Below, in pieces: positions 24,340 to 35,700 of a stretch of DNA of 39,896 nt. The stretch's first letter is position 1, and every line of letters starts with the position of its first letter. The notes below the pieces were generated by a model that was not told the DNA's origin, did no database searches, and was given only the letters and a program-made list of their open reading frames with translations. The stretch comes from Sarea resinae (taxonomy: Eukaryota): assembly GCA_026026165.1 (NCBI GenBank), contig JAPEUD010000037.1:186001-225896 (forward strand). Reading direction: 5' to 3'. Position numbers and translations under genes: made by a program.

Positions 24340-27300
24340 CTACAGCTCCAACGACTCGGGCACGCTCGACAGACTGCTTCGACTCCTCTGTCTCCTCTCC
24401 TTCATCGAGCTGTTTCGCCGAAGAGTGTCCTCGTCCATATCTTCATCCGAGCCGCCCTGCACCGAGAACGTCGAGGTCGGATCCATGGACTTGGTGAATA
24501 ACCAAGTGGAGGCGTACATGTTGACGCTGGAGTAGACTCTATCAGCCAAGTTCTTCATGCAAGAGCAGAATCTATGCAAAAGTGGGCCACGAGCAGGAGC
24601 GACTTACCGATCAATACAGGCGCCGGGCAATCTCACTCCGGCTCTTCGGGCCACGAAACCATGCGCTTCGAATACGGCCGCGTACCATGGCTTCAGCCCC
24701 GCAGAGCGGAGGAGCACGCGTCCGCCGGGCTTTAGGGCGTGGTGGAGGGCGAGGACTTGCTCTGCTGCTGGGGAACTGTGGTCGGTTTGGGCCGAGGGAG
24801 TGAACCAGTCCATTGAGTCCATCAACTATGGAATCGGACACGTTAGTGGTTATGGAGAAAACGATCAATTAGTGAATGTAATATTGCGCGAAGAGGTCTT
24901 ACCACGGCGATGGTCAGAGTTCCGGGTGCAATGCGAGATATGACTTCTTTCAACTCATCTGTATGGATGCGGAGGCCATCAAAGGCCGAGGGGCGGCTGA
25001 GCTTAAGATGAGCCTTGGGGGTGAGGTAATTTGGATGGCATCTAGGTATTCAGTCAGTGACAGCCCTTCAGATAAAACGAGACCAGGCAGCAAACCCTCT
25101 CGAATAATGTCCTTGCAAGCAGAGGAGATAGAAATAATTATCCTTGCTGATGAGCGTGTTTTCGACGACGGGGTCCAGAGTGTTGACGATGTATTCCCAG
25201 ATCGCCTCGCCCGATTTTTCTGCATTACTAAATGCAGCTCCATCGACACCCTCCTGGCTGAGATAGTCATTTTGGATCATTCGGTGTTGGGCCGGAGGCA
25301 CGCCCGCTGCTTTCCATAAGAACCATTCCGTACCGACGACCGCCCAGTGCAAAGGACGGCTCATCAGGACTTTTCTAATCCGTGGCCAGATCTCACGTTG
25401 CTCGTTTAATGTGCTTGCTTCGCAGAGCTTGCGCACCTCGTTCGTCAGGCCAAAGCAGTGAAATAGATAACGGCATAGTTTGATAGCAATGCGGGAACCA
25501 CCACTCTCGTAGAGGCCCTTGCCGTTGCGGGAGGTAAAGATGCTGGAATGGTCGAGCCAGTATTGCAGGGCCTGACTGGACATGTGCGGACTCAGTTTCG
25601 AGATGAGAATCTCCCGAAAATTGGCGTGTTTGCCTTCGCCAAACAGCTTCCAGACATCAATGTATTCCAGCGCGGTGAAACTCGCGACTTTCAGTTCGAG
25701 AAGATGATTTTGGCTCGGGTTCAGATCCACGACGTGAACTCTGCGGGGACCTCGGAGTAGATAGTCCAAGACATTGTCGCCGGCGCTGGTGATGGCGAGG
25801 ATCACATCATCACTTCCAATGTTCAGGAGGCGGTCGTCGACGCGGGGATCCTCCCAATTGAATGCATAAATATACTCGTTGTTGAACTGAACGTGCTTTG
25901 CCAAGAGATCGTCATAGTAGATTCGCCAGTGGTGATTTTGATAGAATGCAGACGGCAGAGGAAGGTTCGAGGCGAGGTTTACAATTGCGCACTCGTAAGC
26001 CTTTGATCTAATTTCGGCAGGCCCCTCTACTTCAACGGCGTTGAGCAGCTTTTTCTGATGGTGCGTTGGAGACAGGTACGGTGATTCTGTGATTGCTCGG
26101 TCGAGCTTCTCGATGATGTCCTGGGGAGCTGAAGCAGAACCGCTTACTGTTGAGGCCAGTCGTGTTGGACTTCCAACAAAAATATAGTAAGGAATGCCGC
26201 CAAGGAGGTAATTCCGATCGCTGGCCGAGATGATGGTGCCGAACTTATACTCGAGGTAATCTCTTCTGGCGGCTTCAAGACCGACTCGGTCGACGTCGAA
26301 CCAGGCTCGCCAAAACACTCGACCAAGCCAATTTACATGTCGATTGAATGCCCCTCCTGTATAATTCCGAGACGCTATATCGACGACACTTTGTACTATT
26401 ATAAGTCAGTCCTGAGTTTAGTTGGAAGCCTTCAACGGAAAAACGAACCGTAAAAGTCGACAACTCCAATCGTTCCGCCTGGGCTGAGAAGGGATATCAA
26501 TGAATCGACGACACTGTAGTAGTCTATTCATGTCAGTCAGAGTGCCACGTCGTGTGTTTAAGCAGCCTACCAGGGATCATAGAGAGACTATAGCTCATTG
26601 TGATGAGATCAGCGCCTCCACCCACAGGAGATCCATTTCTCAGACAAGATTGATCCCACGGATATATGTCTTCCGCTTCATTTCCATGAGGTAGATGATC
26701 CGCCAGGCGAAAAGATCGCGCATCTTGGCAGACAACCGTCACATTCTTCCATCCCAAACGAGCGAACCTTTCGCGGGCAACGTCACAAAGAGATGGCGAG
26801 AGATCGACCAGATAGACATGTGCAAAGAATGAATCCACCGGGAGAAATGCAGACATGGCCTCGATATTATATCTGCCTCAGTGAATCAGCGAAGATACCA
26901 GTCGAATGGGGCCTCCGTCTTGTACCCAGTGCCGCCTCCGATCTGTAGTAACCTTCAGCGAAGTGAGCCACGGAAGAAGCGGTTCTCATTACTCACATCC
27001 ACCCAAGTAGCCCTTGACTCTTTTAAGGTCCCGTTGAGACTTTTGAGTCGCAGTTGTGCAGCCACGAGCCCTAGCATGTCTTCTCGACCACGTAGGAGGC
27101 GTTTGCGTGTAAAGTCATAAGCCGAAGCCTGGTTGCGTTCTTTTAGTCATGTCCACACAGTAGTACTGACGTCTGAACAGACCTGAGATTTGTAGAAGCT
27201 TTCCAAGGCATATTCTTGGCTGCCATTGTGATTCTTTTCGTGGGGTTTGAGGAAGCTCGCATAAAAGAATTGGCAGAAAGAGAGAAGGCCCGTATCAGCG

Positions 27301-27452
27301 GCAATCTTGGGCTTGAACAAGGTGAGAACCAGAATGAAGCCAACAAAAGTAAAGACTGCACAAGCAGCAGCCACAATATAGACGTGATGTCTTGAGAATT
27401 GAGCGCCTCCCAGATCAAGACCTACAGGGAACGACAGTGACGACATGGCCAT
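24340..27452 (-). CDS. BTA1: Betaine lipid (DGTS) synthase: methyltransferase fused to a BtaA-like 3-amino-3-carboxypropyl transferase domain, multi-exon
   Basis: N-terminal transmembrane segment; LESFYKSQASAYDFTRKRLLRGREDML, WVDIGGGTGYNIE, VDLSPSLC, YIYAFNWEDP, ITSAGDN, VDLNPSQNHLLELK, MDSMDWF and IDRVNMYAS. The start codon could be 27452, 27446 or the upstream 27554. Confidence 0.9.
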
Positions 27453-28281
27453 CTTTTGAGCAATTGAGAACGTACAAGCCCTTTGGACGGTCCACGGAAA
27501 CAAGTCAAAGAAAAACAACAACGAAAGGAGGAGATGCGCTGATATACGCGACATCGTCACCAAGGGCTCTCAAAGATAGCAGATAGTACGACTACCCCAC
27601 CATGCCCCTCATCAACGGCTTTGAGGATGATCGCAATAGCCCACACTTGCAAGTCCTATCATCGTCCTATCATTGCCACACATGCGGGGCTAAAGTATGT
27701 GTTCAGCAGCGTCCCGTGGGCTCGAGAGGCTTAGTAGAATTAGTGAACGAGAAGAGAGAAAGTGGTCTTGAATTTGAAGCTACCAAGCTAGACATGGAAG
27801 GGGTTGGAGTACACAAATGGTCATGACTGCTGATCGGTCCGAGCAATGCCTCCACCAGGGGACAAGATGAACAGAGATCATCGAGTGACACTGCCGCAGA
27901 GGAACATGTGGGCTGAACTATTGGATTGTACAGTAGAGAATAGATTGAACAGATTGAAGTGAGTGTTTGCCTCTCTCGCGACTCTCTTGAATGTTCGGAA
28001 ACGTCGACATCGCAAATGGGCCAATCAGAGATCAGAGTACCGTCACGACGTGCCTCCACCACTCCGCCATCCACGATTGACTTTTCCGGTGGCTTTCTGT
28101 CGTTGAAGCTCAACGGCCAAGCCTCAGGGCTGTCCAAATGGGCACGCAATGGATCGAATTGCAAGAAGAGGGGAATGAGGGGCGGTTTTTATCTATTCCC
28201 ACCGAGGCAATATTGAAAGTCCGGCTCGATAGCGATGCATCATCACACATTACATATCACACATCAACTCAAGCTCAGACC

Positions 28282-29199
28282 TCAAACACCACCTCCCTTT
28301 TTCCTAAAACATACACTCGAGATAGTCTGGCCCTTGACCCCACCAAACGTAAAACTAGGATACTCGATGCACCCATAGAATTCCAAGGTCCCTCTTCCAT
28401 CCGCCACAAACCATGTCCTCAACTCCTCCTCGGTCCAATTGCAACTCGTGATGAGCAAAAAGCCTCCCTCCTTGACCAATTCCTCCGCACGATTCCGATA
28501 CCCTTCAACAATGCGCCTGCCCTGTCCATCAACCTCCCCAGACAAAGAAATGGCATCAAATGTGCCCTTGTCTAGCACGACGTCGAAACCCCCCTCTGGC
28601 ACCCACGATGACTTCTCTGCCTCGCCCTCATTCCGGATCAGGTCCCACCTCAAAAACTTCACCTCCTCACCCCCAAGCCCTTTATCCTCCCTCGCAATCT
28701 TCCGCGCGAGCTCGACGCTCTGCTCCGAGTAATCCAAGCCGACCATGAGCCCCTCAAACTCGCCCTCCTCCCTGAGCGCAAAGAGCAAATGCCCGTTTCC
28801 GGTTCCCAGATCGCAAAAGCTTGTCGTCTCGGATGCAAGGCAAACCTCCTCGGTCAGGTACTCGAGGATCTTCTCCTCGGCGTTGGAATCCGAGAACCAG
28901 ATGGTGCCCTCATCGGCGGGGTGTGAGGCATGGTTTGTGAGCTCGGTGCTGTAGGCTGCGTCCCAGCTGAAATTCAGAATAGGTCAGTCTACTACCTTGG
29001 GCGTTTGATAGCATTTAGATATAGTATGGGCTAGAGATTCCCCGAAAAAGACAGGGAGTGAAAAAGCCCATAAGAATTCTTCATCGCCATCCCAAACACA
29101 CTCCAGGCGCAAAGATGCACGAGGAAGAACGAGAACCTAAACTTACTATTCCTTGGTGCCCAATTGGCTCGGCACCAGATGCTGCAGCTTCTCCGCCAT
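28282..29199 (-). CDS. EFM4: Protein-lysine N-methyltransferase Efm4/See1 (eEF1A methyltransferase), 2 exons
   Basis: Exons 29199-29147 and 28966-28282. PSQLGTKEYWD, EGTIWF, DLGTGNGHLL, DVVLDKGTFDAISL, ITSCNWTEEEL and YPSFTFGGVKGQ. Confidence 0.92.
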
Positions 29200-30188
29200 G
29201 CCCCCTTTCGAACTTGCCCTCTCCCCGAGCCCACTGAGAGCGAACCGAATATGTAGGTAGGGAGTGATTGGAGCTGACGAGAGCATGCACTATTATTGTC
29301 CAGAGACTCTTTCGCAGAGACAAAATTGATTACCTGCCCAGGTACGTACTATGGAGTCGACGGGAGCTTATCGATACCGCAGTACGGTACGCGCCAGGAA
29401 CGCCAGAGACGCTTTTGCCATACCAGCTCGACGAGACTGCCGTACTCTCCTCCTCGGCTCACGGTTCCAAGCCGCCCCGAGCTCGGCCGAAGTGGCCGAA
29501 CTTCCCGCTCTCGGGGGTGTCTGGTGCGTCTGGTGCACGGGTAGACCCTGGACCGTGGCGAGATAAGAGAAAAAGTACAAGGCCAAAGGATTCCATGGCG
29601 CAGCGCCAAGGCTGTTCATATCCACGGATCTGCAGGTCATCCATGAATGGAAAAGATCCCTTCTCCCGCATCGAGATCCCAAGGCGTGACACATGTGAGA
29701 CTTTTCCACAGAGGCAGCAGCAGCAAACAGAATGGGGGGCTTTCTCCATCCAAATAGATCAATGTCTCTGTTCAGATATTGCTACAGCATCATCTCACAT
29801 ACAACAAGCAGAGAGGAAAAGCGTTGATAGTACCGTAATAGACACCTGTCTAAATGCTATGTGATGCAATTCTAGACTAAAATAGCAAAATGCGAATCCA
29901 GGAACTCCGTCTTCTCTAAACCGGCTACAGATGATTTCCAGGACAGCGTGAACTTTGGGTATTATCGATGCGATGCGTAAAATATTGGCCTCCCTTTCCC
30001 GATCCGACATACCAACCCTGAGACAAATTGAGAGATAAAGCATTCGCTCCGAGACGCCGCCGCTTTCCTATTCAATTCGAGATCTTCAAGACTTTTCCAC
30101 CCTGGGAAAAAATCGTAGTGTAGCGCGTGCTGAAACGATATCCTTCGCACTCTCCATCAGCCTCCTCATCTCCCTTGTCTTAAACATA

Positions 30189-31523
30189 TCATTCCAGAGG
30201 TTTTCTTCGGCGTTTGGCTTTCCTTGACGACTGCTCTTCTGCCGTCATATTCCTGTCCAAAAGTGAGATCTGTCTCTTCATAGGCATCGGAGCTAGGGAA
30301 GCAAGCAATTCCAACGGCGATTGACGGTCCACTGGATCGGGATATTCGGAAATCTTGTTTTGGGACGAGGTATCGGACTCTGATGGTCCAACGTCCAAGC
30401 CCTCATCCTCCTCGAGCCGCCCGTCCAGCTCCTGAAAATAATCCCAGCACGACTGATCAAAATCCTCAACAGGAGGCAAACGTCTAATCTCGTCCCAGGA
30501 GATATCGCGGTCTCGCAAAGTCAGGTACATTGTAGATATGCCCTCGCACACGGATACGCAGTGCTTTTGGAGAAAGCTGACATCCCACAAATCACTGCAG
30601 CAGGTATCATCCGTTAGGCGGTTCAGTATGCTACGACCCCTTACATCATCAGGAGCATAACTTTGAACCACGAGCGGCACCCAGCGACGTCCGTTGAAGA
30701 AATCTCGAAACGTCGCTTCGATTCTTGCTATCACTGATCGATTGTTAGTGCCAGTGAGTGACATGTGACGTCGAAGGCCTCGAGACTGGCAGCGTCTGTC
30801 GGCAACAGCACCTATCTCAAAAGACCATGGTTGGCCCATGAAGGGCACAAAGACCACATCAAATTCAACCACCGCTGCAGGCTGCGGCATTATCGCTCCA
30901 TTTGGGTGGTCGTGATCGTCGACAACGTCATCCTTGGCCGTTCCGTTGAGCAAAGATTTCGACGGCTCGAGGCTTTCTTCTTCCAATTCCTCAACCCTCA
31001 ATTCTAGATCCATCGTAGCATCATCCGTATTCGCAACCTTTTCCTTGGTATTTTTCAATTCCTGGGAATATCCTTGCATTTTGTCCACCAATCCTTCCAG
31101 CTTATCGTCGAATTCCAGAAGTCGTCCGGCCGCGGAAGACTGCAAGAGTCCGAAATTATGGTATACATTCTCGACGGCACGATAGACATCTTTGATCTCT
31201 TGTTCCCTGTCTATCTTCTCCGTCTCTAGCTGCTCCTCAAGCCTCTTGACCTTCTTGGCCAAGGCGGCATGTTCGTTCATCGTGACAGAAGTGTTCGGCT
31301 GGTCGGGAACATGGTAACAAGCTTGGTGCCCACAATCGCAACTCGATCCAGGAATGTTTCGATTGAGCCAGAAGCCTTGACACGAGCAGCGTTGGCCAGT
31401 TATCTCTGGGTGTAAGAGGATGAAGCGGCACTCGCCGCGAGGTAGTCGGAGATGTTCATCGGATTCTGGCGGCACGCTGGATCGTGCTGCGCGAGATGGT
31501 GGGAGTCGAGGGGGTTGAAACAT
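30189..31523 (-). CDS. Uncharacterised protein with an N-terminal Cys/His cluster, a central coiled coil and a basic NLS-like C-terminus
   Basis: 444-aa ORF; C-x13-CSC-x14-CDCGHQACYH, a heptad-rich E/K/L region and a terminal RKAKRRRK. Confidence 0.75.
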   Translation of the reverse strand: MFQPPRLPPSRAARSSVPPESDEHLRLPRGECRFILLHPEITGQRCSCQGFWLNRNIPGSSCDCGHQACYHVPDQPNTSVTMNEHAALAKKVKRLEEQLETEKIDREQEIKDVYRAVENVYHNFGLLQSSAAGRLLEFDDKLEGLVDKMQGYSQELKNTKEKVANTDDATMDLELRVEELEEESLEPSKSLLNGTAKDDVVDDHDHPNGAIMPQPAAVVEFDVVFVPFMGQPWSFEIGAVADRRCQSRGLRRHMSLTGTNNRSVIARIEATFRDFFNGRRWVPLVVQSYAPDDVRGRSILNRLTDDTCCSDLWDVSFLQKHCVSVCEGISTMYLTLRDRDISWDEIRRLPPVEDFDQSCWDYFQELDGRLEEDEGLDVGPSESDTSSQNKISEYPDPVDRQSPLELLASLAPMPMKRQISLLDRNMTAEEQSSRKAKRRRKPLE

Positions 31524-31690
31524 CAGAGGGAGACTCGAGTCCCGTCGAAGGACTGCTGCACCAGCGGTAACGGGCTCATTGAACTCTTCCGCGACACCAC
31601 TACTCGTGGTAAAGATGTATTGCGGCGCGACTTGCGAACGCCGCAGGAAATGCGTGCTGCAACTCAGATACGCCCAGGTAGCCTGTTCAG

Positions 31691-31757
31691 CTGAGGGGAG
31701 CCAACATCAGCAAAAGCAATCATAGCATCCAGGGTCCATAAAGTTCTCGGCGCCTAC
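31691..31757 (-). other. Probable intron in the 5' leader of the 444-aa gene
   Basis: Donor G|GTAGGC at 31757, branch GCTGAT at 31711-31706 and acceptor CAG at 31693-31691. At 67 nt it matches other introns in this window. Confidence 0.6.
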
Positions 31758-32695
31758 CGGATGAGGAAGGCAGCGTGCGATAGCTCAGCCGGGGGTTAGG
31801 TGAGATTCTTCTGTTGGCCAAGCCGACACCGTCTTTTTCGCTCCCTTCATACACAGGTCGAGATGAAGCAGGAAGGAGGGAAGGAAGGATACATCAGATC
31901 GGAGAGGGAGAAAGAGCAGAGGGACTCGCAGCGAGATTGAAAGATCGATGCGTGTGGAGCGGAAGGGTAGTTTTATGGAAGGCGCTCTCTATGAAAGGTG
32001 TTAGACATGTAACGAGCCATCGGGCGTCCCGACCGACATGGCTCAGTAGAGATACGAAAGGCAGTTCCTCAAGTTGTCTCTGGCTTCTCATCCCGCACAC
32101 AAGCTACCCTAGCTCCCGCATCTCAACGGGGATTGTGTGGATCTCCTTGCAACGGCATGCAGACGGAAAGGGACAGGACGAGACCAGGACAGGAACATCA
32201 TTCGGGACATTGTTTTGTAACAACAACAACACTATGACAAGACCCTGCGGCGTGGGCGGTGCGGTGGGTAGAGTCAGTCAAGGCATTGGAAAGCAAGACA
32301 AGGCAAGGCAAGGTAATCTGGGTCTCGATAGAGAGTAGTGCCCAGGGCTAGTTACGACTCGCTGGGAACAACATGGGCAGTAGCGTAAGTAAGCGGAGCG
32401 TAGTGCGTGAGAGGTCCAGGAGACTTCAGTGGACTTCAACAGACTCCCGTGGACTAGGAGATAGTAGGGCGTGGCTGCTGATGGGGGAGGAAAGATTGAA
32501 TGAGGGAAGGATGGGGGGGCAGGAAGGGGGGTGACGGTGCGATCGAGTACTGCGCAGTTACTCCAAAAGTGCTGTAACTGCTGCAAAAGACCCACGATCC
32601 ATTTCATCCTTCTTGGGGGGAGCGGACAGGGATGGGTGGGATGGGAGGGGGGAGGAGTATCCATGGATGGTGGGTGGGCGTGGCGGGCGGTAGGT

Positions 32696-32727
32696 GGACA
32701 CTAGGACACTAGGACACTAGGACACTG
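32696..32727. repeat. (GGACACTA) tandem repeat, about 4 copies
   Basis: Read directly from the sequence. Confidence 0.9.
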
Positions 32728-35700
32728 GGACGCTGCCACTACTGGGCGGGCTGGCTGCCGAGATTGGGACGGCAGAGATAAGAGATGTTGATGGCGACGG
32801 CGACCGAATGAAGAAGAAGGAGAGGAGCGGACCCTGGGAGCGAAGCGGGCAGGTGGTGTCAAAGGGTGGAAGACGCCCAGGTGGAAGATAGAAGATCCTC
32901 CGTCCCAGACGTCCACCCCAAGGATCGGAGCGGCGCTTTCCCCGATCCTGGACAGATCGAGCCAGTACGCGAGCCAGAAGCAATCACGAACGTGTCGCCA
33001 GATCTGGTGTGCTCGCGGTGTCGCTGTGCATTTGTACGAAGTACTCGGTACTTCCTCTCCGCCTCTCCTCATCCCACGCTCTCCTGGCTCCGAGTACTGC
33101 GTCCGTTCAGGTCATTGTCCTCGCTGGCCACTACAACCACCACTACATAGTACCACCACTACCACCATCACCATCATCATCACGGACCACGACCACGATG
33201 CATGCCACGATGCATGCGATACCGTAGACTCTTGCTATCTCTTCAGCTTCGCCTTCATATAGGCAGGGACCCTATGATCATCGAGCGTCTTTTACCCCTG
33301 AGCTGGACGCCTTCCTCGAGCTTGAGGGAGGCTCGTGGTCGAATGAAGAGAGCAACTGCCAAGAGAGATGGCACACGAGAGATTGCCGTCGAGTCGTCTA
33401 TTCGAATCTTGCCCATTTCTTTCCTTTTGCCGTGGTGCACTGCTGTGATTGCCATTCTACTGCCACTACCGTCCACTGCCACTGTCCGCTGCCACATTCC
33501 ATAGATTCTCTTCCGGCGGCGTCAGGACCCGTATTGGGGCGGCCTGCCTACCGCAGGACCGCACCTAACCCAGCTGCCGGTACCCAATGTTTGACCTTTG
33601 ATTGACTCACTACATCGCCCTCCCTTCTCCCTCGGCCTATCGACGCCAGAGTACGAGTATCTCTACCTTTCCTATCTCTGCCCCCATCGCCATCGCCATC
33701 GCCATCGCAAACGCTGCTGGGGATGAATCCCCACGAAACCACCAAAGATCGTCGAGTTACGGGCGCCCTTCTATCTAGCGTTGCACGAATCAAGATGCGA
33801 AACCGGGCTACATGTAGCGATAGCGGCATCCACAGAGCCCACCGAATCCACTTGGATGCATTGACATGTCTGTGATAATCGGAGAGCTATCAGCACTTGC
33901 TCGATGAATTTCGATTCGACTCGATGTGATGCGATGCGATGCGATGCTCTCGTTCATGCCTGGTCTTCCTTGCCTTTGATAAGTCTGCACCTCTTCCAAT
34001 TGGTTATACGAAGAGATCATGCCCCTTCTTGGCCGCGACGATGATCGATCGGACTTGAGCTCCCTGCCTTCCTCACGACTGCTACTCGTGCACTCAAGTT
34101 CGTTCCTGGTTCCCCGCTGAGAAAAGAGTAAAGTGGACGTCCGCGCGACATCGGCCCGTCAATCCGTGGCGATTCGCCATTGAATGACATGGATTCGAGA
34201 TTGGTGGTAGACGTACTTCGTACGAATAGACACAGGGTGTACTCATACTCTAGTAGACGGTCAGCTCTAGAGTCGAGTCGAGTACCTAGTATAGAGTAGA
34301 GCGTGATGATCATCTATTGATTAGCCCCTACGACTGAATCGTTCATTGATCTTTTGGGCCAGGGCTCTCACCGAAGCCAAAATTACCCCTACGCAGTACT
34401 TAACAGCAGTGTTCCATCTGACAGGCCTAAGGCCAAGATAAACATGGTTTCTAGGCAGACGTAAGACCGCTCATCTCTCTACCATTCGGGTTACAAGAAG
34501 TGATCATCGTCAATAACAATTCAATTGTCAGCGCCTCTTGATCTACAGTACTTCCCGAACCAAGAATGACAACAAGAACAGTTCCCCAAGACTCTAGACC
34601 CAACATTGTCAGAGTCGAAAGCCCCTAGATGTCAGAAAATGGGCCCTCCGTATGCGTGCTCGGCTTCCATAAGCACGCATTGATCGTCGACCCTTGCAGT
34701 CAGTGCCTGACCGACTGCCGCCGGCTTCAGAGGCTGGGACCTGGCTGAAAGAAGGCTTACTGCTTAGCCATACGTATCTGCCAGACGTCGAGTCGGAATT
34801 GCTTGGTTCTAACGATGGAATAGGGCAAGCATCCATCCATCCCTGTATTTCCCTCATACAAGACCTCTCGCATCTGGAATGAGATTAATTATCGAGTCGG
34901 TATGGATTCGTAAACCTATCTGCGGTATCTCATCAAGATTGGAGGCCAGCGGACATTGTTTAAACTCCTATCTAGAGTTATGGTCTATGGCCCCTAATGA
35001 GAATAGCCCATGGGGAACATGCCTACTCCAGAGTAACTTGGTCTCATCTTCATCATCACAAGGGATGCCTCTCCCTCTCTCCCTCCCTTTCGACCTCTAA
35101 CTTTGCTGCTACAGTAGTTACGAGCTAAATTAATTACCAGAACGTGCTCGCTGGGGGAGCGGGATCGGGAACCCCACGCGGGACTTAGTAGCAGTCTGGT
35201 CGTAGTAGTATGAAGTAAGGTAGCTTCGTACTCCGTAGTGAGCCGTGGACCGGCACGGAAACATCTTGTCTAGCCGTAGCTTTTACTCAGCAGCGTGTCC
35301 ATCCATCATCGACCCCGTAAAGCTGGAAGGAAAACGCCTGAGGAGATCCGGCGGATGTGGTGCTAATCTTCGATTCCATGAAGCTCTAGAGCACCGCCTA
35401 CTACACATCATACGCACACCGCACGCACGTCGCGTCTGGTCCGTCCCAAGCTGCACTCTGCAAGCTGCACGCTGGAGTTGCTCTCGAAGTATTACGCAGT
35501 ACTACATACTCCACTCTAACCGATGCCAGACAAGGTAGGCATCTCTCACCTACGGATCCCACTCACAGGTATGGAGGTGTCTACGGAGTAGGCACGGTAA
35601 GTACCATATTGCGAGTACTACTACCTGTATCTTCGTACTAACTTTAGGCTGGTAGCAAGGCAACCTAAAACCTCCCTAGGTACTACTTTACATAGCACTA

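Noticed and set aside
27460..28280. Pho4/NUC-1 box expected upstream of BTA1 (phosphate-starvation regulation is known in Neurospora)
   Set aside because: I saw no exact CACGTG by eye, only near matches such as CACATG, so no site is called.
29268..29864. 198-aa + strand ORF between EFM4 and the 444-aa gene
   Set aside because: Non-ATG start, no recognisable motif, and ORFs of similar quality in several frames.
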